Shown one piece after another: positions 25,701 through 36,800 of a DNA stretch of 64,000 nt. The DNA is from Mobula hypostoma (lineage: Eukaryota): NCBI RefSeq assembly GCF_963921235.1, contig NC_086097.1:135100001-135164000 (forward strand). The letters run 5' to 3'. Numbering within the stretch: the first letter of the stretch is position 1; each line of letters begins with the position of its first letter. The notes under the pieces were generated by a model that saw nothing but the letters and a program-made list of their open reading frames with translations, made no database searches and was not told where the DNA came from. Made by a program: the position numbers and the translations under genes.

Positions 25701-28700
25701 TATGAAATAAAAAAAACAGTATCAGTACATATAATTAGTTAATTATAAGTGAGTAAATAAAAAATCGCTTCCAAAAGAAGAAAAAAGGGTTATGGGGAGA
25801 AGAAACATAAAAGCATGGTGTCCCGAAAAAAAACGAAGGAGATTATAGAAAAAGAAAGACAAGTCGCCATTTTAATTATGCGAAAACCAAAAATAGGAAA
25901 CATATAACTAAAAATGACCGTCGGATCAGATCATTAATGACAACGAAAAAGGAAAAGTTAAAACAAAAGGTTAACTAAGGGAAAATGATGTTATTCACAG
26001 GAGATAAATATTCTATATAAGTTATAGAATAACCACTATAGTAATAAACAAAGAACAAAAATCTTATCTCACGATAAGATTGCTAATTAACCCTTCCTCA
26101 TAGCTCAATACCCAATCTAGAATGGCCTGCTCTCTAGTTGGTTCCGCGACATGTTGGTTCAAAAAAAACCATCCCGCATACATTCCAAGAAATCTTCTAC
26201 TGCATTCCTCAGTGCTGTACCGTTTACTGTGTAAAACACAGCCTGGTTGGTCCCACTGAAGTGCAACGCCTCATACTTGTCTATAAATTAAATTCCACCT
26301 GCTGTTTTTCAGCCCATTTTCCTAGCTGGTCCAAATCCTGCTTCAAGCTTTGATAGCTTTCCTCCCTGTCCATGATGCCCCAATCTTGGTGTCCTCTGCA
26401 AATTTGCTAATCCAGTTTACCACGTCATCAAGATCATTGATATAGATGACAAACAGCAACAGACCCAGCACTGATCTCTGTGTCACACCACCAGTCAGAG
26501 GTGACTGTCAACTGCTGTGTCAAATCCAGTTTACTATCTCATCTTGACCGCTAAGCAACTTCTTGACCAATCTCCCATGTGGGATCTTGACAAAGGCCTT
26601 GCTAAAGTCCATGTTGACAGCACCCATTGCTTTCCTTTATTCCTGATATCCTCTTTTAAAAAAAACTCCATTGGATTGGTTAAGCACAGCTTGCCACACA
26701 CAAAGCCAAGTTGAATATCCTTAATTACACTGTCTATCCATCTATTAGAATACCTTCTAGTAATTTATCCATTATTAACATCCCATTCACTGGCTGATAA
26801 TTTCCCGGTTTAATCTTAGAGACTCTCAACTGTGATCTTCTTTCAGCCATGAGTCAGTGATCCCCATAACATCATAGCTGCCATTTTTTAACTGTGCTAC
26901 AAGATCACTTACCTTATTATGTATGCTGTGTGCATCCAAATATAACACATTCAATCCTGTTTTCACTGTCCTTCTGAATTTTGTCTTCACATTGCCTGAA
27001 GTTAAATTCTTATCCCTTGTCTAAACTTCTTGTGTTGTTCTTTATTCTAAAGACTTCTGTAAACTCTCCTGCACTCTACTTCTGCAAGCTGTTGAAACAC
27101 TGCTTCTCTCTAACTGTTCAGTTTAAAGCCCCATACACTGCCTTTTGCTAAGACCTTGGATTTGTTACCTCAATGTTCTGAGATGATTTGCAATCAATGA
27201 AGTGCTTTTGAAGTGTTATCATGTTGGAAGTCCTGTATTAGGTTTGTGTGTAATGAGATTCCAGGATTATTAGTAATATTGAACGATTTGAATATTGGCC
27301 AAACTTCCCTGTTATGCTTGAAGTAGTATTGTGGAATCTTGTATATCATTCAGAGAAGGTAGTCAATAAAAAGATCAACATCTCTGAAAGATGGCGTCTC
27401 TGAAAATGTACCCTTCTACTGACACCCTTCCCTCAATCTTGTGCAGTGTCTCTCCAGTGGAACTTGAATAATGGTACTTGCAACCAGATAAGATGAGCAT
27501 ACTGGACGGTGTAAATCATTGCATCCTACACCTCTGTTTCTTCAAAATACTTGTTTTATGTCTCCAAACGAAATTAACACATGATTAAGTGAAGGTTGGT
27601 TTGGTTTTTCAGAACAAAGTTGAAAATGTAGAACATGGGTAACTCCTAAGTCATTCTCATCAAAACAGTCTAGATGTTTTTTCATTGCCTGAAGGCCATC
27701 TGTGAACTATGGATTTCAGAGCAAAGCAAACAATAGAAAAGCTATGGCTTTTAGCCAGAATTCATCAGGTTGTCACTAAAGTGTTGATTAAATAAACTTT
27801 TCTTTTGAATACAGACTAACTCCTTCAGAAATTATTTTCCTGTAGTCACATTTGTTTTGAGGATAGTTTGATGGAAGTTGTAGAATAGGAAGAGGACAAT
27901 TGATGTACAAGCAGAAATTGGTAAACCATAAGACTCCACTAGAGACAATCTGTTAGAACTGTTAACTATTTTCCCATATTCTTCCTGAAGAAAAGGTCAG
28001 TTTTGAAGTATTACAATGGAGTACATTATTTTTAAAAGATCGTCTGGATTATCTGGAACTGAGGCTGTGTGCTCCATTACTGCTCAGGTTTGCAGATAAA
28101 TTCATAGCCTACCTTGCGACAATGTTAATAAATATTTTTGACAAATGTTCCACTTCTTTTTTAACAGAAATATTTATCTAGGAATGTGGAGGAAAGCAGC
28201 AATGATAATCTGTTCCCTGCTTTCAAGAGGAACAGTCGATTGCATCTAACTGACACCTCCTTGGATTCGAAGTGCAATGAGAAGAGCACAGAAGAGTCAT
28301 GTGATAATGGATTAGAGGAACAGCCATTTATCAGGTACACAACTGTTCTGACCTCTTTGATTGTTCTACTCTTGCAGGTTTTCCACTGCAATGTTTATAT
28401 TTTTTTGTATGTACTTGGTACTTTGCTTAACACACAGGGTGATTCCCAGGAATGAGGGCATTTATAGACCCAGCGCAAAAAGTTACAAATGCACTGCTGT
28501 GATGAGAAGCTGTTACAAGCTCCTACCTTTCCTGCTACTGTGATGTGATACTGGGTAATGGGGAAACTGGTTGCTCTCTTCTTTGAATGTTGCTGTGTCA
28601 GGTTACTGTTGTATATTTAGCAATGGTGTAGAGAAGCTGCCTGTGAGGGCTGGTGTTGATGGGGGGCTTGGGCAAGTGATGCATCTGCTGAGTACTGGGG

Positions 28701-31700
28701 TAGCAGGGCTGAAGACCGCATCTTGGTCATCAGGGTGAGTGTGGGCCATTGTTCGATTGATATCTCTGCTCTTTGTTAACAGATTGCTGGCATTCTACAG
28801 TCCATCCCATCATTTCTCTTGCATGTGATTGAAGCTCTGGTCTCCCCTTTCCCTTGTTTGGCTGCAGAGTTCACCTTGATCCTGAGTAACAAGTTCAAGG
28901 CCAGGCACAGTCATGTTATGCAATTCTCAGTAATGAGCAGCTGCACCAGTTGAGCCCTCAGGCAGACCCGACTCCACACTGAATCACAGTACAGGGCAAT
29001 TCATAGCTGGATTTGTGCCAGGTTCCTGGCATAGCAGTGTGCATCCCAATAGATGTCTGTCTTAAAACTCTGGAGGGCTATGTGTTACGATTTCGTAATG
29101 TACCAGCAGCAAGAGATGACAAACTGAGTCGGGTTTTAATATTAAAACCACTATATTTATTTACATCTGCTCATAAATATAGAAAATGAAATAAATTACT
29201 TTTTTAAACAGAAGTTAAGTGTTATGCATCTTTCGCTCCCTTACAGTCAAACTTAGAACCCGTTCTTAACAAATCTTACTCAAGCACAGTTTTAAAGTGG
29301 CAGTTCAGAGAGTCCCAGTAATTCACAAAATAGGTGAGAGGAGAGACTTGTGGATTCACAATGCAGCGATGAGGCAATCACGAAAAATTCCAAAGATTCC
29401 ATGGCTAGCGAACGAAGAGACAGTTACCGAAGATCCCAGCCGAGGAATACTGTCCCGAAGTCCACGAAGAGCGATTTCACAACATGACTGTCGTGAAATC
29501 CACACCCGTGGATCATACGAAGGACAGACACGTCTCCACAATGCACAGTGTGCTGCTGATTAACCCAATCCCTTGGGTTTGGGCAACACACATCAAAGTT
29601 GCTGGTGAAAGCAGCAGGCCAGGCAGCATCTCTAGGAAGAGGTACAATCGACGTTTCAGGCCGAGACCCTTTGTCAGGACTAACTGAAGGAAGAGTTAGT
29701 AAGAGATTTGAAAGTGGGAGGGGGAGATCCAAAATGACAGGAGAAGACAGAAGGGGGAGGGATGGAGCCAAGAGCTGGACAGGTGATTGGCAAAGGGGAT
29801 ATGAGAGGATCATGGGACAGGAGGTCCGGGGAGAAAGACAAGCCGGGGGGCGGGGGAACCAGAGGATGGGCAAGGGGTATAGTCAGAGGGACAAAGGGAG
29901 AAAAAGGAAAGTGAGAGAAAGAATGTGTGCATAAAAATAAGTAACAGATGGGGTACAAGGGGGAGGTGGGGTATTAGCGGAAGTTAGAGAAGTCAATGTT
30001 CATGCCATCAGGTTGGAGGCTACCCAGACGGAATATAAGGTGTTGTTCCTCCAACCTGAGCGTGGCTTCATCTTTACAGTAGAGGAGGCCGTGGATAGAC
30101 ATGTCAGAATGGGAATGGGATGTGGAATTAAAATGTGTGGAACATTGACTTCTCTAACTTCCGCTAATGCCCCACCTCCCCCTCGTACCCCATCCGTTAT
30201 TTATTTTTACACACACATTCTTTCTCTCACTCTCCTTTTTCTCCCTCTGTCCCTCTGACTGTACCCCTTGCCCATCCTCTGGTTTCCCCCCCCCTTGTCT
30301 TTCTCCCCGGACCTCCTGTCCCATGATCCTCTCATATCCCCTTTGCCAATCACCTGTCCAGCTCTTGGCTCCATCCCTCCCCCTCCTGCCTTCTCCTATC
30401 ATTTTGGATCTCCCCCGCCCCCTCCCACTTTCAAATCTCTTACTAGCTCTGCCTTCATTTAGTCCTGACGAAGGGTCTCGGCCTGAAATGTCGACTGTAC
30501 CCCTTCCTAGAGATGCCGCCTGGCCTGCTGCGTTCACCAGCAATTTTGTGCGTTGCTTGAATTTCTAGCATCTACAGAATTCCTGTTGTTTGCCCTTGGG
30601 TTTGGGTAAGCATTAGACTTTACCTTTCTTGATCGTGAGCTGATCCTGGATAGCTGGAAGCCTGCGATCTTTACTCTCTCTTTCCTTCGACTCCTTCTCA
30701 GCACTATGCCCAAATTTCTTTTATACCGTCGGCATACATCATAAGGTAACGCTCATAGAAACGAATCTGTGGACTCCCAGTAACGAAATTGGGGACACGT
30801 GACGCCCACAGTAAACGAAACTATGGACTTCCAGGAAAACTAAACTGTGGGTTAGATTAGATTATGAGGACACTCAGTCCTCGTTTATTGTCATTTAGAA
30901 ATGCACGCATTAAAAAATGATACAACGTTCCTCCAGAATGATATCACAAGAAAACACAGGACAAACCAAGGCTAAAACAGACAAAACCACATAATTATAA
31001 CATATAGTTACAACAGTGCAAAGCAATACCATAATTTAATAAAGAGCAGACCATGGGCACAGTTTAAAAAAAAAAGTCTCAAGGTCCCGATAGACCCATC
31101 ATCTCACGCAGGCGGCAGAAGGGAGAAACTCTCCCTGTCATGAACCTCCAAGCGCCGCCAACTCGCTGATGCAGCACCATTGGAAGCACCCGACCGCAGC
31201 AGACTCTGAGCCCGTCCGAAAACTTCGAGCCTCCGACACCGAGCTGCATCCTCTGCCGAGCACTTTGACTCCACCCCGGCCGCCGAGCAACAAGCAAAGC
31301 CGAGGACTCTGGGCGTTCTCCGGAGATTCTGGTTCACACAGTAGCAGCAGCGAAGCAGGCATTTCAGAAGTTTCACCAGATGTTCCTCCGTGCTCTCACG
31401 TCAGTCTCCATCAAATCAGGACTGTGTACGGCACACTACTTGACAAATAACAGACATCAGCACCGGAGTGGCGGCTGCCATCTTCTCCTCCCACACGAAA
31501 CATAGGCACCTGATTGTTCAGGCACAGGGCGAAAAGTATTATAATAAACACTACTTAGGAGTAGTGCTAAGTGGGATACCAGTGTATTTAAACTTGCCAC
31601 TAGAGAGCACCATTGCATTATTGTAAATACCATGAATCAATGGTAATGGACCTGAGTTCTGAAATCTGAGAATCCTGAGTCAAATTGATGACAATGAAAA

Positions 31701-33837
31701 TTGATAAATCCATGGACTGTTTGCATTTGAGACTGAAAGTGGTGACTATGAAGATTGTGGACAAATTAGTGATCATCTTTCAAAATTCTACTTGTGCAGA
31801 AATAGTTCCAGCAGATTGAAGGGGGAGGTAGTATGACCTGCCATCTGGAAAAAGAAGACAAACTATTAGTCTGTTCATGGAAATATACTGGAATTTATAA
31901 TGACAAATATTGTGGAAAGAGAAAAATAGGATTGAGCGGAGTTAGCATAGGTTTATCAAAGATTAATTATATTGGATTAATCTGCTTGTCCTTTGAGGAG
32001 CTTATTAGCAGAATCAATAAAGTGGAACCAGTCAATCTGGTGCATTGATTGTTCACAAGGCTTATTGATAAGGTCCCATGTGGGAAGTTGATCAAGTGTG
32101 GGGAATGTGGAGTCAGGAGTTGTATATGAGCGTGTATTGAAAATTGATGAATAGACATAAAGCAAAGTAGAAATGAATGTCTTTCTCAAGTCTGCAGGCT
32201 GTACAAAGATGATGTTTGGATGCCTCCTATTCACATGTATTAGTGATTTGACTGAGAGGGCCAAATATTGCATTTTATAATTGCTGATGATGCAGAGCAG
32301 GTGGGTTTGAAGTGGGGAAGAAATTCTAAAGAGCGTTTAAAGGGATGTGATCAAGTTCAGTGAAGTGGCCAGGATATGTTGGACAGAATAGAATGTGGAA
32401 AAATGTGAGGTTGTCTGCAAAACACAAGTTGAATTTTTTAAATGAGAAAATTATAATCTAAGGGTGCTAAGTACCCTTGCACCCATAACTAAAATTTTTC
32501 GTGCGGATATTAAACCATTTAGGAAGACAAATGGCATGTACTCTATTATGAGGGAATTTGAGTACAGGAATAACAGTGTCTTAGTGTGATTGTATAGGAC
32601 TTTGAGACCTCACTTCGAGTATTGTGACAATTTTGGACTCCTTATTGAGAAGAGGGTGTACTTGTCTTAGAGCAGGGGTTCCCAACCTTTTTTAATGCCA
32701 TGGATCCCTACCATTAACTGAGGGGTCTGTGGATCCCAGGTTGGGGACTACTGCTGTAGAAGAAGTGCAGTAAATGCAGGAGATGGGTTTGCCAATAGAG
32801 CGACTAGGCCTGTATTCCATAAAGTTTAGAATAAGATATGATCTTAATGAAAATTCTTAAAACTTTTCGGGATGTATTCAGAAAAGTTGTTTGCCCTGGC
32901 TGAGGAGTCACAATTGTAAAATAGGGGTTTAGCCGTTTACCACTGAGATGAGGATGAAGTTCCTAACTGGGGGGTAGAATGTTGATGGAATTTGTAACCT
33001 CAAAGAATATGGGGAAGTTAGAACTGTGTACAGGGTCAGCGCCATGATCTTGTTGAATGGTAGAACAGACACGAAGGGTGAAATGACGTATTTGTAATTC
33101 TTATGTTCTTTTATTCTGCTGGCTGTGGTTGATGGTTCCGCCACTCTTTACATGCACAGGTGTGGGACTTGTTTGCAAGATTCAGTCAATTCACTTCATT
33201 GTTGGACTGCAGAAATGTGGAAACCATGAGAGATCTTAAGTAGTGAGCTAATCTTGGTATCATCTGGCCCTTTCACCCTTCCCCTTCCAAAATGTATTCA
33301 AACTCTGAAATGAAAACATCGGAACTCTTTTTGTTTTTGCAGACAATCAGTAAGGCTAAAAGTAAAAGGTAGCAATAAAGGTAAGTTTTTTTTTCCAGTA
33401 ACTTTTATGTATTTTCATTGCAACCAAGTATATTTGAAAATTTGATATTGTTATCTTTTGCAATGCTATGATGTGGTAATTTTCTCAGTTGATGTCCAGT
33501 TCTTTTTAAAAGAATAACTTTTTTAAAATTCCATTTGGGACTTTTTTTTTTATTCAACCTGAAAATACTGGGAGTGATAGCATGTTACATTGCTCAAAGA
33601 TTCTTAGCAAAATTATAAAACTGTGTGATTCGTTAACTTAAAAGTACAAGTCATTGTTGTCTAATTTGGAAACTTCAATTTAACAAATGGTGCTGAAGTG
33701 CATCTCCTGAGTGGAATAATACATTTGGCACTTGTCAGGAGAAGATGGATGTAATAATACATCTAAATAATCATTTTTGAGTAAGAGCTTTTTTTTTAAG
33801 TGATTACATGGAGATGTGTGTGTGTGTGTGTGTGTGT

Positions 33838-33868
<31 letters not shown>

Positions 33869-36800
33869 CTCCCCCCCCCCCCCGTCACCACTGTTTTGGT
33901 GGTGCCTTTAGCAGAATTAGCTGTTGGTACAGTCTTTAAGTCATTCCTGTTATTCTGCATTTATCTTTATAACCTGTGTCAATCTAGCCCCAGTCATGTC
34001 TTCAATGAATAAAGGAAGTGCTTCACATGGTGTAAATCGCAAACACCATACGTTATCTGCACAAGGTAAGGTGAAAGTTCTGGAAAAATCTCAACAGTGG
34101 TGTGTCTGTGAAAAGCATTGACAACTTGTATAACATTTGCTCTGCCACAGTTTATGATATAAAGAAACAAATAGAAAAGTTGCTCTAGTTCTTTGCTGAC
34201 AGCGAATCAGATAAACAGATGTGCATAAGGAAAACAATGAAAGATGTTCACAACTAGATAAAGTTCTCAAAGTGTTTTAAACTCTGCATCAGCGATGGTG
34301 TAGAACTGTCAGGAGATGAAGGAAAACTGAAATAATTTCATGAAGAATTAGGACTGATTATGAGTGTGATTACAGTGAAGGGTGGCTTCAGCATTTCAAT
34401 CAGTGACATGGCATAAAATTTTGTGCAGTGTGTGGTGAAAATGGTCAGCAGACAAGGAAGCAGCTTCTGAGTTTGTTGCATTCTAGATTTCTGGTGGACT
34501 GTGTGTGATCCTTCATTAAGGGTTATATGTATCACTGAGTTGCATACAGTTACAAAATTACTCATAAACTGTCTGATCTTCATCTAAGTCACAATAATAG
34601 ACAAATGCAATCTGCCTAAACTAATAACACACAAACAACTGTACTTTTCATGTCTTTAACAACTGTACTTTTCATGTCTTTATTGAACATATTGTTTAAT
34701 CATTCACAGTCCAGGCTGGAAAAAGTATGTGAAATCTTGTACAGGTGGCCCCTGTTTTCCGAACGTTTGCTTTACGACACCTCGCTGTTACGAAAGACCT
34801 ACATTAGTTACCTATTTTCGCTAACAGAAGGTGTTTTCACTGTTCCAAAAAAAGGCATAGCGCGCCCGAACAGCCAAGCTCTTCCCCTGGAGCTGCATTC
34901 TAGCTGCCATTGCTTAAACACGTGCTTTATCTTGATTTATTTTGTATATCCGTTAGCAAGATGAGTTCTAAGGTATCCAAAAAGCTTAACAGAGCTCGTA
35001 AGGGTGTTGCACTTAGCATAAAACTAGACATAATTAAGTGTTTCGATCATGGTGAACCAAGTAAGGACATTGTCCGCGCATTGAACTTGCCTGCGTCCAC
35101 CATTCGCACTATTATACGCAGAGAGAAAGAATTTTGAAAGCTGCCGATGTTACTGTTGGTTCTGCTCATAGCAAAGTGGTCTCTCTTAGTCGGCATCCAG
35201 TGATGGATAAAATGGAAAGCCTATTGCTTGAGTGGATTGATGGGTGTACAAAGTGTGGTGTTCTGTTAAGTTTTCTTATACTTAAGGAGAAATCAGTCCC
35301 TCTTTTTAATAAGCTGAAACAGAAAGCACTGGACGATGGTGATGAAAGTGTTGCGAAAGTGGAATTTAAAGGTAGTCATGGGTGGCTTGATCGGTTTCTG
35401 AGGCAAGGGCAGCTTCATAGTGTAACGTTTACTGGAGAGAGTGCTTCAGCTGATACTGAAGCTGCCGAAAAGTTCCCAGCAGAAATGAAGAAAATAATTA
35501 CAGAAGGTGGTTATTCTTATGAGCAAGTGTTTAACTGTGACGAAACTGCAATTTATTGGAAAAAATTGCTGAGCAAGACATTTATTTCAATAGAAGAAAA
35601 GCAGGCTGAGGGACACAAGGCATCGAAGGACAGGTTTACCCTGATGCCTATTATTAGTGCCACTAAGCCTCTACTAGTGTACCATTCAGAAAATCCGAGG
35701 GCACTTAAAGGCGTTGATAAGAAAACACTTCCCATTGTGTTCCGTTCACATCCAAGTGGTTGGAATACCCAAGTGCTTTTTTCTGAGTACATGAGTGGAT
35801 ACGTTAGTCCTTTTGTTGAACAATACTGTAGAGAAAATAATCTCGATAATAGGTGTCTTGTGATTGTCGATAATTGTGCTGCTCATCCGCCTGCCATTAC
35901 TGAGTATGGCAGTAACATACGTGTTACATTCTTACTGCCGAATACGACATCGTTGCTGCAGCCATGCGATCAAGGCCTAATAGCCACAATTGAGGCTTAC
36001 TATACGCAAAATGTGATGTGTTTTATTGTAAGTGCTGTTGACAGAGGGCAACTCCGAAGCGTCTTTGCGAGAGATCTGGAAAGACTACAATATAAAACTG
36101 GCAATCGCCAACATTGGAGATGCTCTCGATAGGCTAACAGTCTCGATGAGAAATGGTGTTTGGAGGAAACTATGTCCCGAAGCAGTGAACGATTTTAAAG
36201 GCTTCGAACCATCAACAATAAATACGGCAATAGTGAGTTTGGCTACTTGTACGTACATTATTTCTACTTCATATAGGCTGTGTATTTTTGTGTTATTTGG
36301 TATGATATGATTTGGCAGCTTCATAGCTTAAAGGTTATTGGAGAGAGTGTTTCTGCCGAGAGTGCTGCCATGGGATTTTCGCTGCACTGGACAGTGTAGA
36401 AAAGTACTTCTACTTTATATAGGCTGTGTATTTATCATATCATTCCTGCTTTTACTATATGTTACTGTTATTTTAGGTTTTGTTATTTGGCATGATTTTG
36501 TAGGTTTTTTTTTGGGTCTGGGAACGCTCAAAAATTTTTCCCATATTAATAAATGGTAATTGCTTATTCATCTTATGACATTCTGGCTCACGAACCATTT
36601 CATCAGATCGCTCTACCTTCGGATAGCGGGGGAAACCTGTATTTTATAACTAGTAGAACCTCCTTTAGAAGGAATAACCTCCACCAAATGTTTCCTGTAG
36701 CTGCTGATCAGACTCGCACAACCATTCCTCCATACAAAACTTTCAGTTCATCGATATTTCTGAGATACCTTGCATGAACAGCCCTCTTCAGGGCATTGTA

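Larger units (their letters stand above)
18719..26194 (-). mobile_element. Young CR1 LINE, copy A, interrupted by an L1
   Basis: Long well-preserved ORF2 pieces (19996-20556, 19567-19995, 19094-19360) and a (TTTCTATG)-type tail at 18719; 5' remnant at about 26093-26194; near-identical to copy B at 48882-56632. Confidence 0.92.
17950..27160 (-). mobile_element. Old CR1 LINE (host), split at about 18718/26195 by a younger CR1
   Basis: 3' part at 17950-18718 and collinear RT part from about 26195 (ISKFAEDTK on the minus strand); a short plus-strand CR1 3' end is nested at about 18090-18207. Confidence 0.7.
29584..30592. mobile_element. Penelope-like element (PLE): GIY-YIG C-terminus flanked by inverted pLTR arms, with a 14-bp TSD
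   Basis: TSD cccttgggtttggg at 29570-29583 and 30593-30606; arms 29584-30001 and 30140-30556 are reverse complements; minus strand 30138-29974 reads [54 protein letters not shown]. Confidence 0.88.
29083..31629 (-). mobile_element. Probable solo LTR-like element hosting two later insertions
   Basis: Starts TGTTAC; reverse AATAAA near 29155; short tandem aacgaaactgtgg-type repeats at 30760-30850; near-TSD ctatg/ccatg. The right boundary is uncertain. Confidence 0.4.

Noticed and set aside
27613..27638. Possible micro-exon (tttttcag...GTAACT) upstream of exon 2
   Set aside because: At 26 nt it would shift the frame between phase-0 exon 1 and exon 2, and there is no homology support.
29424..30568. 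Mirror-image ORFs (29599-29934 + and 30154-30543 -; 29424-29873 - and 30167-30568 +) as protein genes
   Set aside because: They are by-products of the low-complexity inverted pLTR arms and have no protein-family motifs.
30760..30850. Short spaced repeats (aacgaa.ctgtgg) as a CRISPR-like array
   Set aside because: Only about four degenerate units in a eukaryotic LTR-like context, with no cas genes and no constant repeat-spacer structure.
34636..34681. Short tandem duplication aacaactgtacttttcatgtcttt
   Set aside because: An isolated two-copy slippage-type duplication with no further structure.
35134..36132. Domesticated TIGD-like host gene
   Set aside because: It retains TIRs and TA TSDs, has two frameshifts and lies nested in a Tc1, which fits an ordinary transposon copy.
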